From Candidatus Tayloriibacteriota bacterium (lineage in GTDB: Bacteria > Patescibacteriota > Minisyncoccia > Phycocordibacterales > PALSA-1337): a stretch of 64,000 bases of DNA. A program made the translations under genes and the position numbers. Below, piece by piece: positions 17,206 to 26,114 of this stretch. Every line of letters begins with the position of its first letter. Position 1 is the first letter of the stretch. The DNA is taken from positions 3,580 through 67,579 of the forward strand of contig JBAXUB010000006.1 of the NCBI GenBank assembly GCA_037129895.1. Direction: 5' to 3'. Below the pieces are notes generated by a model that saw nothing but the letters and a program-made list of their open reading frames with translations, searched no databases and was not told where the DNA came from.

Positions 17206-18675
17206 ATGAAAAAATATTTGATTCTCTCAGTCGTAACGATATTCACTTTGAGTATTATGGGAATTGCAATTGCTGGGACAACTTCTCTATCTGGTTGGTC
17301 GGCTGGTAATGGGCCGTATTCATCTACGGTAGGCTGGTTCAGTTTTGATTCTAATGATATAGGTACTGATGGTGGGACAGGGCGCAGTAGTGTTGCTTAC
17401 GGAGTGAAAGTAGACGTACCAACTGGATCGACGTATGGGACATTCAATGGGAAAGCGTGGTCTTCAAATGTTGGTTGGGTGTCTTTTGATGCTGCGGACG
17501 TAACTGCTGCTTGTGGTAGTCAAGGAAAGGTTGATCTGTCGAGTGGTATGGTTACTGGATGGGCCAAAGTTCTATCAGGCTCTACAGCATCTGGTGCTGA
17601 TGGTTGTATTTCACTTTCGGGTACTGCCAAGAATGGAGGTTTATATGGGGTGAAGATGTCACCGGCAGGTGCATTCAGTGGTTTCGCTTGGGGAGATGTG
17701 AATGTTGGATGGCTCAGTTTTGCAGGTTTGATATGTCCTGGGTGCATCGTGTCACAGCCTGCAGCGCTCGCTCTCACATGTACCGCATCACCAGATTCAG
17801 TCACTTCTGGTGGGACAGTGATATTTACAGCGAATACTACTGAAGGGACTGGTCCATATCATTGGAGTGCAACGAGTGTAGTTACTGGCTCGACAGGTAG
17901 TTCAGAAACCTCAACCGTTACGAATTATCTGACTGGTGCGACACCACCTACGTTCACTGTTACTGATAGCAGTGGGAAAACTGGTACAAAGACTTGTGAT
18001 CCACCAGTTATTTCGGTGGTCAATACTTATACAGTGCACGTTACTATAGTGGGTTCAGGCTCTGTCTCAAATGGTAATTTTAGCTGTAATACGGAAGGTA
18101 ATTGTACCCCGATGGTTATCCCTGTTGGGTCCTCGATCAATCTTACTGCTACATCAAATATTGGGAGTTCATTTAGCAGTTGGTCAGGTGGATGTTCAGG
18201 AACATCACCTTGTAATGTGGGTGGTACAGCTAGAGCCAGTGATGTTATAAATGTAACTGCGACATTCGGTGGTGCGAGTTTTGTTACTGGTGGGTCTCAT
18301 CTATGGTTTGGTTCTAGGACTAGGCCTAGTGATGCTTCCATGGCTAGTCAGCTCCCTGTGACTATCTCATCAGGTAATAGTGTTAACATCAAGTATGATT
18401 GGGATTCTAGTATAGCTGGATGTAGTGGAGATCAGGCTTCAGGCCCGTCTATGCCGACGAATTGGAGCACGCCATCATTCTCACTGAATTCTGTCTCGAG
18501 CGACCCTATAAGTCATAATCAATATGGCGAAGTCACCCTTGCATTGACTGATGCACATATCGGGACACATATTCTGAGATTGAGTTGTAGTAGTAATGAT
18601 TCTCAACCTGTAGCTAGTTACAGTGCAAATACTATCAAACTCATTGTTACAAAGTCGATCATCAATGAAGAGTAA
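17206..18675 (+). CDS. secreted Gly/Ser/Thr-rich protein with repeated W-x-x-N-V-G-W-x-S-F motifs
   Basis: Signal peptide, then three copies of the motif (GWSAGNG...TVGWFSFD; KAWSSNVGWVSFDA; FAWGDVNVGWLSFAG), then S/T/G-rich beta-rich sequence and a Cys-containing C-terminal domain. Confidence 0.55.
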   Translation: MKKYLILSVVTIFTLSIMGIAIAGTTSLSGWSAGNGPYSSTVGWFSFDSNDIGTDGGTGRSSVAYGVKVDVPTGSTYGTFNGKAWSSNVGWVSFDAADVTAACGSQGKVDLSSGMVTGWAKVLSGSTASGADGCISLSGTAKNGGLYGVKMSPAGAFSGFAWGDVNVGWLSFAGLICPGCIVSQPAALALTCTASPDSVTSGGTVIFTANTTEGTGPYHWSATSVVTGSTGSSETSTVTNYLTGATPPTFTVTDSSGKTGTKTCDPPVISVVNTYTVHVTIVGSGSVSNGNFSCNTEGNCTPMVIPVGSSINLTATSNIGSSFSSWSGGCSGTSPCNVGGTARASDVINVTATFGGASFVTGGSHLWFGSRTRPSDASMASQLPVTISSGNSVNIKYDWDSSIAGCSGDQASGPSMPTNWSTPSFSLNSVSSDPISHNQYGEVTLALTDAHIGTHILRLSCSSNDSQPVASYSANTIKLIVTKSIINEE

Positions 18676-18711
18676 ACTGCCTCATAGCCAGCTCGAGAGG
18701 TACTAATATAG

Positions 18712-18742
18712 AAAAGAGCGGCCTATCGGTCGCTCTTTTTTC
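18712..18742. terminator. rho-independent (bidirectional) terminator
   Basis: aaaAGAGCGgcctatcggtCGCTCTttttt: a 6-7-bp GC-rich stem flanked by an A-run and a T-run. Confidence 0.7.
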
Positions 18743-19050
18743 TGACTGCCCGCTGCTAAGGCTTGTTTTAGTCGCGCTCAGGCGGGAGGCTATATGCAAC
18801 CCTATTCCCAGTATACACTGGATTGAAGTGAGCAACGGTTGGCGTTTGCCCAGTAGAGTGGGTTGTGTTCGAAGGAAGATTTACACTCTCTTTCAGTATG
18901 AGCCCCCGCCACTTCCTAGGTCGTTTGGACTCAATTTCTTCCATGTTCTCGAACAACTCTGCTTGTTTGTACAACATAATGATACAATTCCTTTTGTTAA
19001 AGGTTCTGAGGGAATGATTACATGTAACACCAGTGTTGTCAACTGCAGTG

Positions 19051-19521
19051 TTATTTTGTATCTTTGATCAATTCCTCAACAGCTCTTTTTACATCATTAC
19101 CATCAGCCTTACCAGAGAGCTCTTTCATGATCATACCGGTGATCTTGCCTCCGGCTTTCGGATCGAATGTACCTTGTGATTTCAGAGCATCGATACGTTG
19201 ATGAACAACGATCTTGATCTGTTCGTAGGTCATCATTGCTGGCATGAATGATTCTAGAATAGCGAGTTCCGTTTGCTCCTTGGATACTAGATCTATGCGG
19301 CCACCTTTGGTGAATTGTTCGATCGAGTCTTTTCTTTGTTTAACGCTTCGTTTGATAAGGAGAAGCATTTTTTCATCTGGCAAAAAGTCAACTTGCAAGC
19401 TTCCTGATAGGAGCTCATTTAGAGCCAAGGCATTCAATCCTCGCAAAGTCTCGAGTCTGATAGCATCTTTTGCACGCAGTGCTTCTTTTATTTGGTTTTT
19501 GATAGTTTCATGTATTGTCAT
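19051..19521 (-). CDS. yqeY: GatB/YqeY domain-containing protein
   Basis: 156 aa, collinear with B. subtilis YqeY (KQRKDSIEQF...RIDLV.KE..EL.IL...P..M..E..K..V...I......GKITGMIMKELSGKADGNDV). Confidence 0.82.
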   Translation of the reverse strand: MTIHETIKNQIKEALRAKDAIRLETLRGLNALALNELLSGSLQVDFLPDEKMLLLIKRSVKQRKDSIEQFTKGGRIDLVSKEQTELAILESFMPAMMTYEQIKIVVHQRIDALKSQGTFDPKAGGKITGMIMKELSGKADGNDVKRAVEELIKDTK

Positions 19522-19619
19522 AGATACAGTCTACAATCATTCAATATTTGTTACAAGAGCGTGTAAGGTTATGTGTAGACAGTCTTGTGTCAGTCACCTC
19601 GAACCTGTAAACTGTAGTC

Positions 19620-20714
19620 ATGGAAATATTACTTATCACACTCATAGTCATAGCAATCGTTGCAATCATCGTGATGGGTCTATTACTTGCAAAGAAGGGC
19701 ACAAAGGATGTTGCCAAAGAAGATACTGGACTTCGTCTCATATTGGAGCAAGTCAATGAATTGTCGCGTACAGTTGACCGCAAAGTCGGAGATCTGACGA
19801 AAACGGTAGATTCAAAGATTGACCAATCATCCAAGAATATGCAGGAATCGATGCGTTCACAATTATCCGAATCTTCCAAATTGATACGTGAAGTCACACA
19901 AGGCCTCACTAAACTAGACGAGACGAACAGGCAGGTTGTTTCCTTCGCTGATCAACTACAAAATTTGCAGGACATTTTGAAGAATCCGAAACATAGAGGC
20001 ATCTTGGGCGAATACTATCTCGAATCATTACTCAAGAATGTATTGGCACCAGGTCAATACCAGATGCAATATGCATTCAAGAATGGGGAAATCGTCGATG
20101 CAGCAGTATTTGTAAAGGATAAGGTCATACCGATCGATTCGAAATTCTCATTGGAAAATTACAATAAACTAGCCGAAGAAAAGAATCCAGCCGAAAAGGA
20201 CAAATTGGAGAAAGCCTTTGTCAATGATCTCAAACTGCGCATACAGGAGACATCAAAATACATTCGTCCAAATGAAAAAACTATGGATTTTGCATTCATG
20301 TTCATTCCACATGAGGCTATATATTATGATCTATTGGTAAACAAGATCGGATCATCAGTAGAAGAGACTGATAATCTGATACAACGGGCTGCTAGTAAGT
20401 ACAAGGTCATCATAGTGTCACCGACATCGTTTCTGGCTTATCTTCAGACTGTATTACAGGGTTTGAAAGCTTTACAGATCGAGGAAACTGCAAAAGATAT
20501 CATAAAGAGGGTTGGAGAACTCGGAACTCATCTCCGAAAATATGATGAATATCATAACAAGCTCGGTGCGTCTCTCTCTACTGTCGTCAATCATTACAAT
20601 AGCTCAGCCAAAGAGTTCAAGAAGGTGGATAAGGACGTGTTACGTATAACAGGTGAGGCTCCAGGTCTCAAGATCCAGGAGTTGGAAAGGCCAGATGAAA
20701 TAGAGGTCATATAG
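19620..20714 (+). CDS. rmuC: DNA recombination protein RmuC
   Basis: N-terminal TM helix and long coiled-coil, then the RmuC nuclease-like core (MFIPHEAIYYDLL, a PD-(D/E)xK-like region). Confidence 0.65.
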   Translation: MEILLITLIVIAIVAIIVMGLLLAKKGTKDVAKEDTGLRLILEQVNELSRTVDRKVGDLTKTVDSKIDQSSKNMQESMRSQLSESSKLIREVTQGLTKLDETNRQVVSFADQLQNLQDILKNPKHRGILGEYYLESLLKNVLAPGQYQMQYAFKNGEIVDAAVFVKDKVIPIDSKFSLENYNKLAEEKNPAEKDKLEKAFVNDLKLRIQETSKYIRPNEKTMDFAFMFIPHEAIYYDLLVNKIGSSVEETDNLIQRAASKYKVIIVSPTSFLAYLQTVLQGLKALQIEETAKDIIKRVGELGTHLRKYDEYHNKLGASLSTVVNHYNSSAKEFKKVDKDVLRITGEAPGLKIQELERPDEIEVI

Positions 20715-20765
20715 GCTTCCTTTTAGTTGCGTTTCTGGGCCCTCTGGTGTATACTACTTTCCACT

Positions 20766-21083
20766 ATGGAATTTGCCATTATAGAGACAGGAGGTAAACA
20801 ATATACCGTTTCAAAGGGCGATACTATCGCTATTGAGAAGCTTTTAGACACCCAAAAAGAGGGTGATGTAGTTACTTTTGACAAGGTTTTATTGGTTGAT
20901 AACGGCAAAGACACAACTATCGGCACGCCATACATCGCAAAGGCGAGTGTCACAGCGAAAGTCGTAGAGATTGGCCGTGCTGCGAAGATAACCGTCGTTC
21001 ACTACAAGCAAAAGTCCCGATATTTCAAGAAAAACGGACACAGACAGCCTTTTGTGAAAGTCCTCATAGAATCACTCAAATAA
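20766..21083 (+). CDS. rplU: 50S ribosomal protein L21
   Basis: MEFAIIETGGKQYTVSKGDTIAIEKL matches the L21 N-terminus (MYAVFQSGGKQHRV.EG). ATG at 20766, since the track start at 20727 is TTG. Confidence 0.88.
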   Translation: MEFAIIETGGKQYTVSKGDTIAIEKLLDTQKEGDVVTFDKVLLVDNGKDTTIGTPYIAKASVTAKVVEIGRAAKITVVHYKQKSRYFKKNGHRQPFVKVLIESLK

Positions 21084-21090
21084 TAGTCTA

Positions 21091-21729
21091 TTAAGCGCGA
21101 TTCTTTAAGGCGCTTTTTATCGTATCGCCATCTACGTATTCGAGTTCAGCGCCAGTAGATAGGCCTCTACCAAGTACAGTGAGTTTTGTCGGTATTAGTT
21201 CATCCTTTGTGATTTTCATCAATGCTTCGCGTACGATATTGGTCGTATGTTCGCCGTCAGGAGTAGTATTCATTGATAGAATTATTTCAGTAGGTGTAGA
21301 TTTCATTTCGGTAATATTTTCCAACAATATTTTCAGACGTATACGTTTCTCTGGCTCTTTATCCAATACAGGTACTGTACCTCCGAGGATGAAATATAAT
21401 CCTCTGTAAGCACCGGACCTCTCGATCGACTCAAAGTCTGAATCCCTCGCGACTATCATGAGGGTTGAATGATCACGTGTTGTATCTCCACATATCGAAC
21501 ATATATGTGAATCTGATCGAGTCGTCTGATTACCATATGTATCCATGAATAGTCGCTGACATTGTCCGCATTGAGTAGTAGATTTCTTTACTTCTTCTAT
21601 CAGCCTAGAAAAGTCCTTGATAAATGATTGGGGTTTACTGAGAAGGTAGTATGCGAATCTCCTAGCTTGTCTAGGACCGATGCCAGGGAAGTGCGAGAAT
21701 ATTTCTATGAGTTTATTCAGATTATCCAT
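21091..21729 (-). CDS. recR: recombination protein RecR
   Basis: HhH N-terminus (FPGIGPRQARRFAYYLL), C4 zinc finger (CGQCQ...CSICG) and Toprim domain. Confidence 0.9.
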   Translation of the reverse strand: MDNLNKLIEIFSHFPGIGPRQARRFAYYLLSKPQSFIKDFSRLIEEVKKSTTQCGQCQRLFMDTYGNQTTRSDSHICSICGDTTRDHSTLMIVARDSDFESIERSGAYRGLYFILGGTVPVLDKEPEKRIRLKILLENITEMKSTPTEIILSMNTTPDGEHTTNIVREALMKITKDELIPTKLTVLGRGLSTGAELEYVDGDTIKSALKNRA

Positions 21730-21731
21730 GT

Positions 21732-23111
21732 CTATACTTTATCAAAATCACCGAAGTCTGCTTTGTCTACAGACAAGAAAGTCGTTTTCTTGCTATCAAA
21801 GAATAGTTTGACTGTACCAGTTGGACCATTTCTGTGTTTTTCTATCATGATCTCAGCTTCTTCTTTGCGACCTCCAACATCCTGATCTGCTTCACGGTGT
21901 ATGAACATGACCACGTCAGCATCCTGCTCGATCGAACCAGAGTCACGTAGGTCAGAAAGTCTCGGTTTTCCACCTCTCTGTTCGACAGCACGAGATAGCT
22001 GTGAGAGGGCGAGAACTGGCACTTCGAGTTCGCGAGCCAAGTTCTTCAATGATCTTGAAATCTCAGTAACTTGCTGAACGAGGTTGTCATTGTTTTTTGT
22101 ATTTGTCGGTAACATAAGCTGTAGGTAATCCACAACTATGAGTCCCAGGCCCTTTTCGTTCTTGAGGCGTCTAGCGACAGCACGCATCTTCAGGATATTA
22201 TTTCCAGGTTGATCATCTATATAGATAGGCGCGTCAGATAGTCTAGATATTGCATCTCCGATCGCCTTGAAATCATCAGTAACTGATAGATTGTGACCTG
22301 TACGGATCTTCCATGAGTCGACCTGAGACTCGGCTGCGAGCATACGATCAACGAGTTGTTGAGAGCTCATTTCGAGTGAGAATATAGCGACTGGCACCTT
22401 GAAATTAACGGCGGCTTTGCGAGCAATATCTAGTGCGAGTGAGGTCTTTCCCATAGATGGTCTAGCGGCGAGTATGATAAGGTCGGACTTCTGCATTCCT
22501 GAAAGCTTGTTATCTAGATCCACGAAACCTGTATGCACACCGCGTAGTTGGTCCTTCGTATTGTGTAGATGTTCCAACCTTTCCCATGCCTCATGCAATG
22601 TGTCTTTGAGGGCGATAAACTTGTGTGAGCCTGTCTTATTCGTGACTGCATACAGTGCCTTGTCAGCTTTGTCTAGAATGTCGTGTAAATCAGCTTCTTC
22701 ATCATAGCCTAGGTTACTGATGTTTTCTGCAGCTCGTAATAGCTCTCGCATAATGTGCTTTTTGCCAACCATGTCGGCATAATGATTGACGTTGGTCGAA
22801 GTTGGAACACAATTGATAAGTTCGGTCAGGAATGTCATACCGCCGATCTGTTCGAGTTGCTCTTTTTCTTTGAGTCTTGCTGAAACTGATAGGACGTCGA
22901 TCGGGTTGCCCTTCGTATGTAGTTCGAATAGTGTCGCCCATACCATCCTGTGAATATTTGAATAGAAGGATTGCTCATTCACTATATCTGCGACATCATG
23001 CATAGCCTCACCGCGGATCATGATGGATCCGAGCAGTGCCTTTTCGGCTTCGAGACTGTGTGGTGGGACTTTCAGATCTCTTGTCTTGAAGTATGGTGAT
23101 GTCGTGTTCAT
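21732..23111 (-). CDS. dnaB: replicative DNA helicase DnaB
   Basis: N-terminal PPHSLEAEKALLGSIM, Walker A ARPSMGKTSLAL, and RecA-like core motifs. Confidence 0.92.
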   Translation of the reverse strand: MNTTSPYFKTRDLKVPPHSLEAEKALLGSIMIRGEAMHDVADIVNEQSFYSNIHRMVWATLFELHTKGNPIDVLSVSARLKEKEQLEQIGGMTFLTELINCVPTSTNVNHYADMVGKKHIMRELLRAAENISNLGYDEEADLHDILDKADKALYAVTNKTGSHKFIALKDTLHEAWERLEHLHNTKDQLRGVHTGFVDLDNKLSGMQKSDLIILAARPSMGKTSLALDIARKAAVNFKVPVAIFSLEMSSQQLVDRMLAAESQVDSWKIRTGHNLSVTDDFKAIGDAISRLSDAPIYIDDQPGNNILKMRAVARRLKNEKGLGLIVVDYLQLMLPTNTKNNDNLVQQVTEISRSLKNLARELEVPVLALSQLSRAVEQRGGKPRLSDLRDSGSIEQDADVVMFIHREADQDVGGRKEEAEIMIEKHRNGPTGTVKLFFDSKKTTFLSVDKADFGDFDKV

Positions 23112-23228
23112 AATATTCCAGTTGTAAGTGGTCTCATTGTATCATTTATATATAGTTTGCAAACGCCGATTCAAACACGAGATAGTGGAAAACATGTGTA
23201 TATCTAAATTTGTCTCGGATGAAAAACT

Positions 23229-23299
23229 TTATCAAAACTTTATTTTGATTTTATCAGTTCTTTATCGAGATTTTATCTAAACTTTATCAGAAATTTATC
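23229..23299. promoter_or_regulatory. array of six helically phased TTTATC(N) repeats in the dnaB upstream / divergent intergenic region
   Basis: TTATC pentamers start at 23229, 23251, 23262, 23273, 23284 and 23295. The last five are spaced exactly 11 bp apart. Each matches the 5' half of a DnaA box (TTATCCACA) and is embedded in AT-rich DNA. Confidence 0.5.
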
Positions 23300-23344
23300 T
23301 CATTTTGGTAGAGTGACACCATTATTAGTAATTATTCAAATATT

Positions 23345-23566
23345 ATGGCTTTAGAAAAACGAGATATAGAAATTGTCGAGAGTATTGTTTATAAAAACGC
23401 TGACGACATAGCTGTTTCCATAGCTAGAAGCTTTGAGAGACTCGAAGAAAGGATCGATTCTGCAGAATCGAGATTGTATTCACGAATGGCTGATATAGAA
23501 GATGCTGTTACTGAAGTGAGAGATTTATTGAAAGAAGAAGAGGGGGAAGATTTAGATTTGGAATAG
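23345..23566 (+). CDS. small acidic coiled-coil protein (hypothetical)
   Basis: 73-aa ORF immediately downstream of the phased repeat array. Highly acidic C-terminus (EEEGEDLDLE). Confidence 0.4.
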   Translation: MALEKRDIEIVESIVYKNADDIAVSIARSFERLEERIDSAESRLYSRMADIEDAVTEVRDLLKEEEGEDLDLE

Positions 23567-23585
23567 GTAAAAAATAAAATATTAA

Positions 23586-25010
23586 CTATTTCTTCAACAC
23601 ATTAACTCCTTTTTCAGTATCCTTGACTATATATCCACGAGCTTCGATCTCTGCACGCAGAGCATCTGATTTTTTCCAATCTTTCTCCTTGCGAGCATCT
23701 TCACGAGCATCTACGAGAGCGACGATTTCGACTGGTAATGATGATGAATTTTCTGATTCAGTAGTCTTTGGTACATCTCTCAGTCCTAGTCCGAGAACGC
23801 GATCGAATTCCAGTAATGTCGCCAATTTGTCCGTATCCTTTTGTTCGGAGTCCTTGGTTAGGTCCCACGCTAGCGCAATGGCTTTTGGGGTGTCTAGGTC
23901 ATCATTTACATGTGCTCTAAAACGCTCAATATAGGCGGATATCGGGGTACCAATGCTATTTTGACCGCTATACTGACTAACTGTAGCCATGAGTCTTATA
24001 AGGGCGTTTTGAGCCCCACGAACAGCCTCAAAACTGAAATTCGCAGGGGATCTATAATGCGCTGTAAGGAGCCAGTATCTATAACCAATAGGGGAGATGG
24101 ATTCGTCTTTGAGACCACTCAATGTTATGAATCCGCCGGCAGATTTTGCCATCTTGCTATTATTCAAAGTGATGAATTCATTGTGCATCCAGTAATTGGC
24201 CAGTGGCTTGTCGTATGCGGCTTCTGACTGAGCGATCTCATTGTTATGGTGAACTGGTATATGATCAATACCGCCTGTATGAATGTCGAATGGCTGACCC
24301 AAGTATTTCCTTGACATTGCCGAACATTCTATATGCCAACCCGGAAAACCCTTGCCCCACGGACTATCCCAGCCGAGCTTCGTATCAAATTTCCATAAAC
24401 AAAAATCACGTTGACTTTTCTTTTCAGTATTCAAACCTATGCGAGATACATCTTTTTGTTCTTGGGCTGACGTATCACCTGTCACAGATTGACCGAGTTT
24501 TCCATAGGAAGGGAATCTGGCCGTATCGAAATATAGTCCGTCACTAGTTTTGTACATAAAGCCCTTTTCTTCGAGCTTCTGGATAATTTCAATATCTTCT
24601 TGGATATGTTCACTAGCCTTTGGAAAATTCTCTGGTAATTCGATATTCAGAGCTTTGAAGTCATTCACAAAAGCCTGAAAATATTTTTCGGCAATTACAT
24701 TCATAGACTCCAATGTTAGCGGAAGTTTTTCCCGCTTCAAGGCTTTCGTCATCTTGTCTTCACCATCATCACCTTCACTTACCAAATGACCCACGTCTGT
24801 TATATTGATGACTTGATGGACTTTGTAGTTATTGAATTCCAGAGTTCGTCTCAACGTATCAGCAAAAACATATGATCTCAGATTGCCGATATGTGCAAAA
24901 TCATAGACAGTTGGACCGCAATTGTACATGAAAACCTCGCCAGTTTTGACTGGTTTGAATATCTCCATATTCTTTGATAGCGTGTTGTATACCTTGATTT
25001 CTTTTGCCAT
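23586..25010 (-). CDS. cysS: cysteinyl-tRNA synthetase
   Basis: HIGH region YNCGPTVYDFAHIGNLRSYV, KMSKS KMAKSAG, zinc ligand CSAM. Start taken at ATG 25008-25010 (MAKEIKVYNTL). The track ORF extends to 25115. Confidence 0.88.
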   Translation of the reverse strand: MAKEIKVYNTLSKNMEIFKPVKTGEVFMYNCGPTVYDFAHIGNLRSYVFADTLRRTLEFNNYKVHQVINITDVGHLVSEGDDGEDKMTKALKREKLPLTLESMNVIAEKYFQAFVNDFKALNIELPENFPKASEHIQEDIEIIQKLEEKGFMYKTSDGLYFDTARFPSYGKLGQSVTGDTSAQEQKDVSRIGLNTEKKSQRDFCLWKFDTKLGWDSPWGKGFPGWHIECSAMSRKYLGQPFDIHTGGIDHIPVHHNNEIAQSEAAYDKPLANYWMHNEFITLNNSKMAKSAGGFITLSGLKDESISPIGYRYWLLTAHYRSPANFSFEAVRGAQNALIRLMATVSQYSGQNSIGTPISAYIERFRAHVNDDLDTPKAIALAWDLTKDSEQKDTDKLATLLEFDRVLGLGLRDVPKTTESENSSSLPVEIVALVDAREDARKEKDWKKSDALRAEIEARGYIVKDTEKGVNVLKK

Positions 25011-25036
25011 ATTGTTGAATTCGTAGACCCGCCCTT

Positions 25037-25960
25037 TTACATCCATTTCTTCTTCTTGAATAATAGTATGAATCCTGCAGTAACTAGTATCGTGATAACC
25101 ATGAGTATTGTCCAACCATATGGGCTGCCGATTATAGGAACGCCTAGGGCTGGAATAGTGAATATCGATGCGATTATTGTAGCAGGGTAACAGATGAATG
25201 TAATGATCGTCAACAGCTTCATGATGTCGTTCTGCTTCGTATTCAATAGCGAATCGTTCGTCTCACGCAAGTCGGCCAGTAATTCTCGAGCATTCCCGGT
25301 AAATTCATGAATTATATTGAACTGATCACGAATATCGCGAATATAGGAAGAGAAATCACCCCCAAATATACTCTTATCTGAAAACTCAACCATATCCTCC
25401 CAAATGTCTCGGTGCATTCTAGCGGTTTGTTTGAAATCGATAAGTTCGCGGCTCAGACTAGACAATACCTCTACCATATCCCTCTCATTACCTTTGAATA
25501 TGCTTTTTTCTGCAGAAGTTATGGAGTCTTTGATATTTTCTAGGTCTTCGATCATGCCCGTATAGATCTTCTTGATCATATAATAGAAAAGATATCCAGC
25601 ATGTTCTATCTTCTCATCTTTATTGAGAATTGTGTTTGCTTCGAATATCTTTCCGAAGTACTCCAATTGCTCTATAGTATCTGTTCTAGAAGTGATGAGA
25701 AAGTTCTTTCCAACAACAAAGTCGATTTCCCGCTCTACGATTTCGGTTACATTACCTTTTCGTTCACGGATAGGTAGAGTAAATACCGCGAGGAAATATT
25801 CATCATAGAACTCGACCTTCGCTAGACTAGAGGTCATCTTGAGTTCTTCTCCCACCAATGGGTGTAGTCCGTATCTCTTGACTAGTGATGAAACTTCATC
25901 ATCTGTTGGCTTTTCTAAGTCTATCCAAACGACACCGCGATAAGTATGTGTATAAGTCAT
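25037..25960 (-). CDS. corA: CorA-family divalent cation transporter (non-canonical G-x-N motif)
   Basis: CorA-like cytoplasmic N-domain (WIDLEKPTDDEV...HPLVGEEL) and two C-terminal TM helices. The conserved GMN loop is replaced by GSPYGW. Confidence 0.6.
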   Translation of the reverse strand: MTYTHTYRGVVWIDLEKPTDDEVSSLVKRYGLHPLVGEELKMTSSLAKVEFYDEYFLAVFTLPIRERKGNVTEIVEREIDFVVGKNFLITSRTDTIEQLEYFGKIFEANTILNKDEKIEHAGYLFYYMIKKIYTGMIEDLENIKDSITSAEKSIFKGNERDMVEVLSSLSRELIDFKQTARMHRDIWEDMVEFSDKSIFGGDFSSYIRDIRDQFNIIHEFTGNARELLADLRETNDSLLNTKQNDIMKLLTIITFICYPATIIASIFTIPALGVPIIGSPYGWTILMVITILVTAGFILLFKKKKWM

Positions 25961-26004
25961 GGTTCAATTATATATCGGATCCGTCTCGTGTTCAATGTTT
26001 GTTT

Positions 26005-26065
26005 TGTAGAGGTCAGACCTCTGCATGGCAACATCGGCTGTAGAGGTCAGACCTATGCACGGCTG
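26005..26065. repeat. two REP copies in the corA / ctpA divergent intergenic region
   Basis: tGTAGAGGTCAGACCTCTGCAtgg and ggctGTAGAGGTCAGACCtatgcacggctg. Same palindrome family as at the RAYT gene. Confidence 0.8.
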
Positions 26066-26114
26066 TAAGCACTAAAGTTGAACACATGGTCACATTGTGC
26101 GATAATAGCCGCAC

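Noticed and set aside
18828-19067. ORF 18828-19067 (+) and 18768-18977 (-) in the 300-nt intergenic region.
   Set aside because: They have no RBS or promoter, unusual composition, and the region is bounded by a terminator. It is treated as non-coding and reported as a possible RNA under findings.
25011-25115. Longer cysS ORF starting at 25115 (MDNTHGYHDTSYCRIHTIIQEEEMDVKGRVYEFNN…).
   Set aside because: It would overlap the corA 3' end by ~80 nt, and the extra residues are not CysRS-like. ATG 25008-25010 (MAKEIKVYNTL) matches the canonical CysRS N-terminus.
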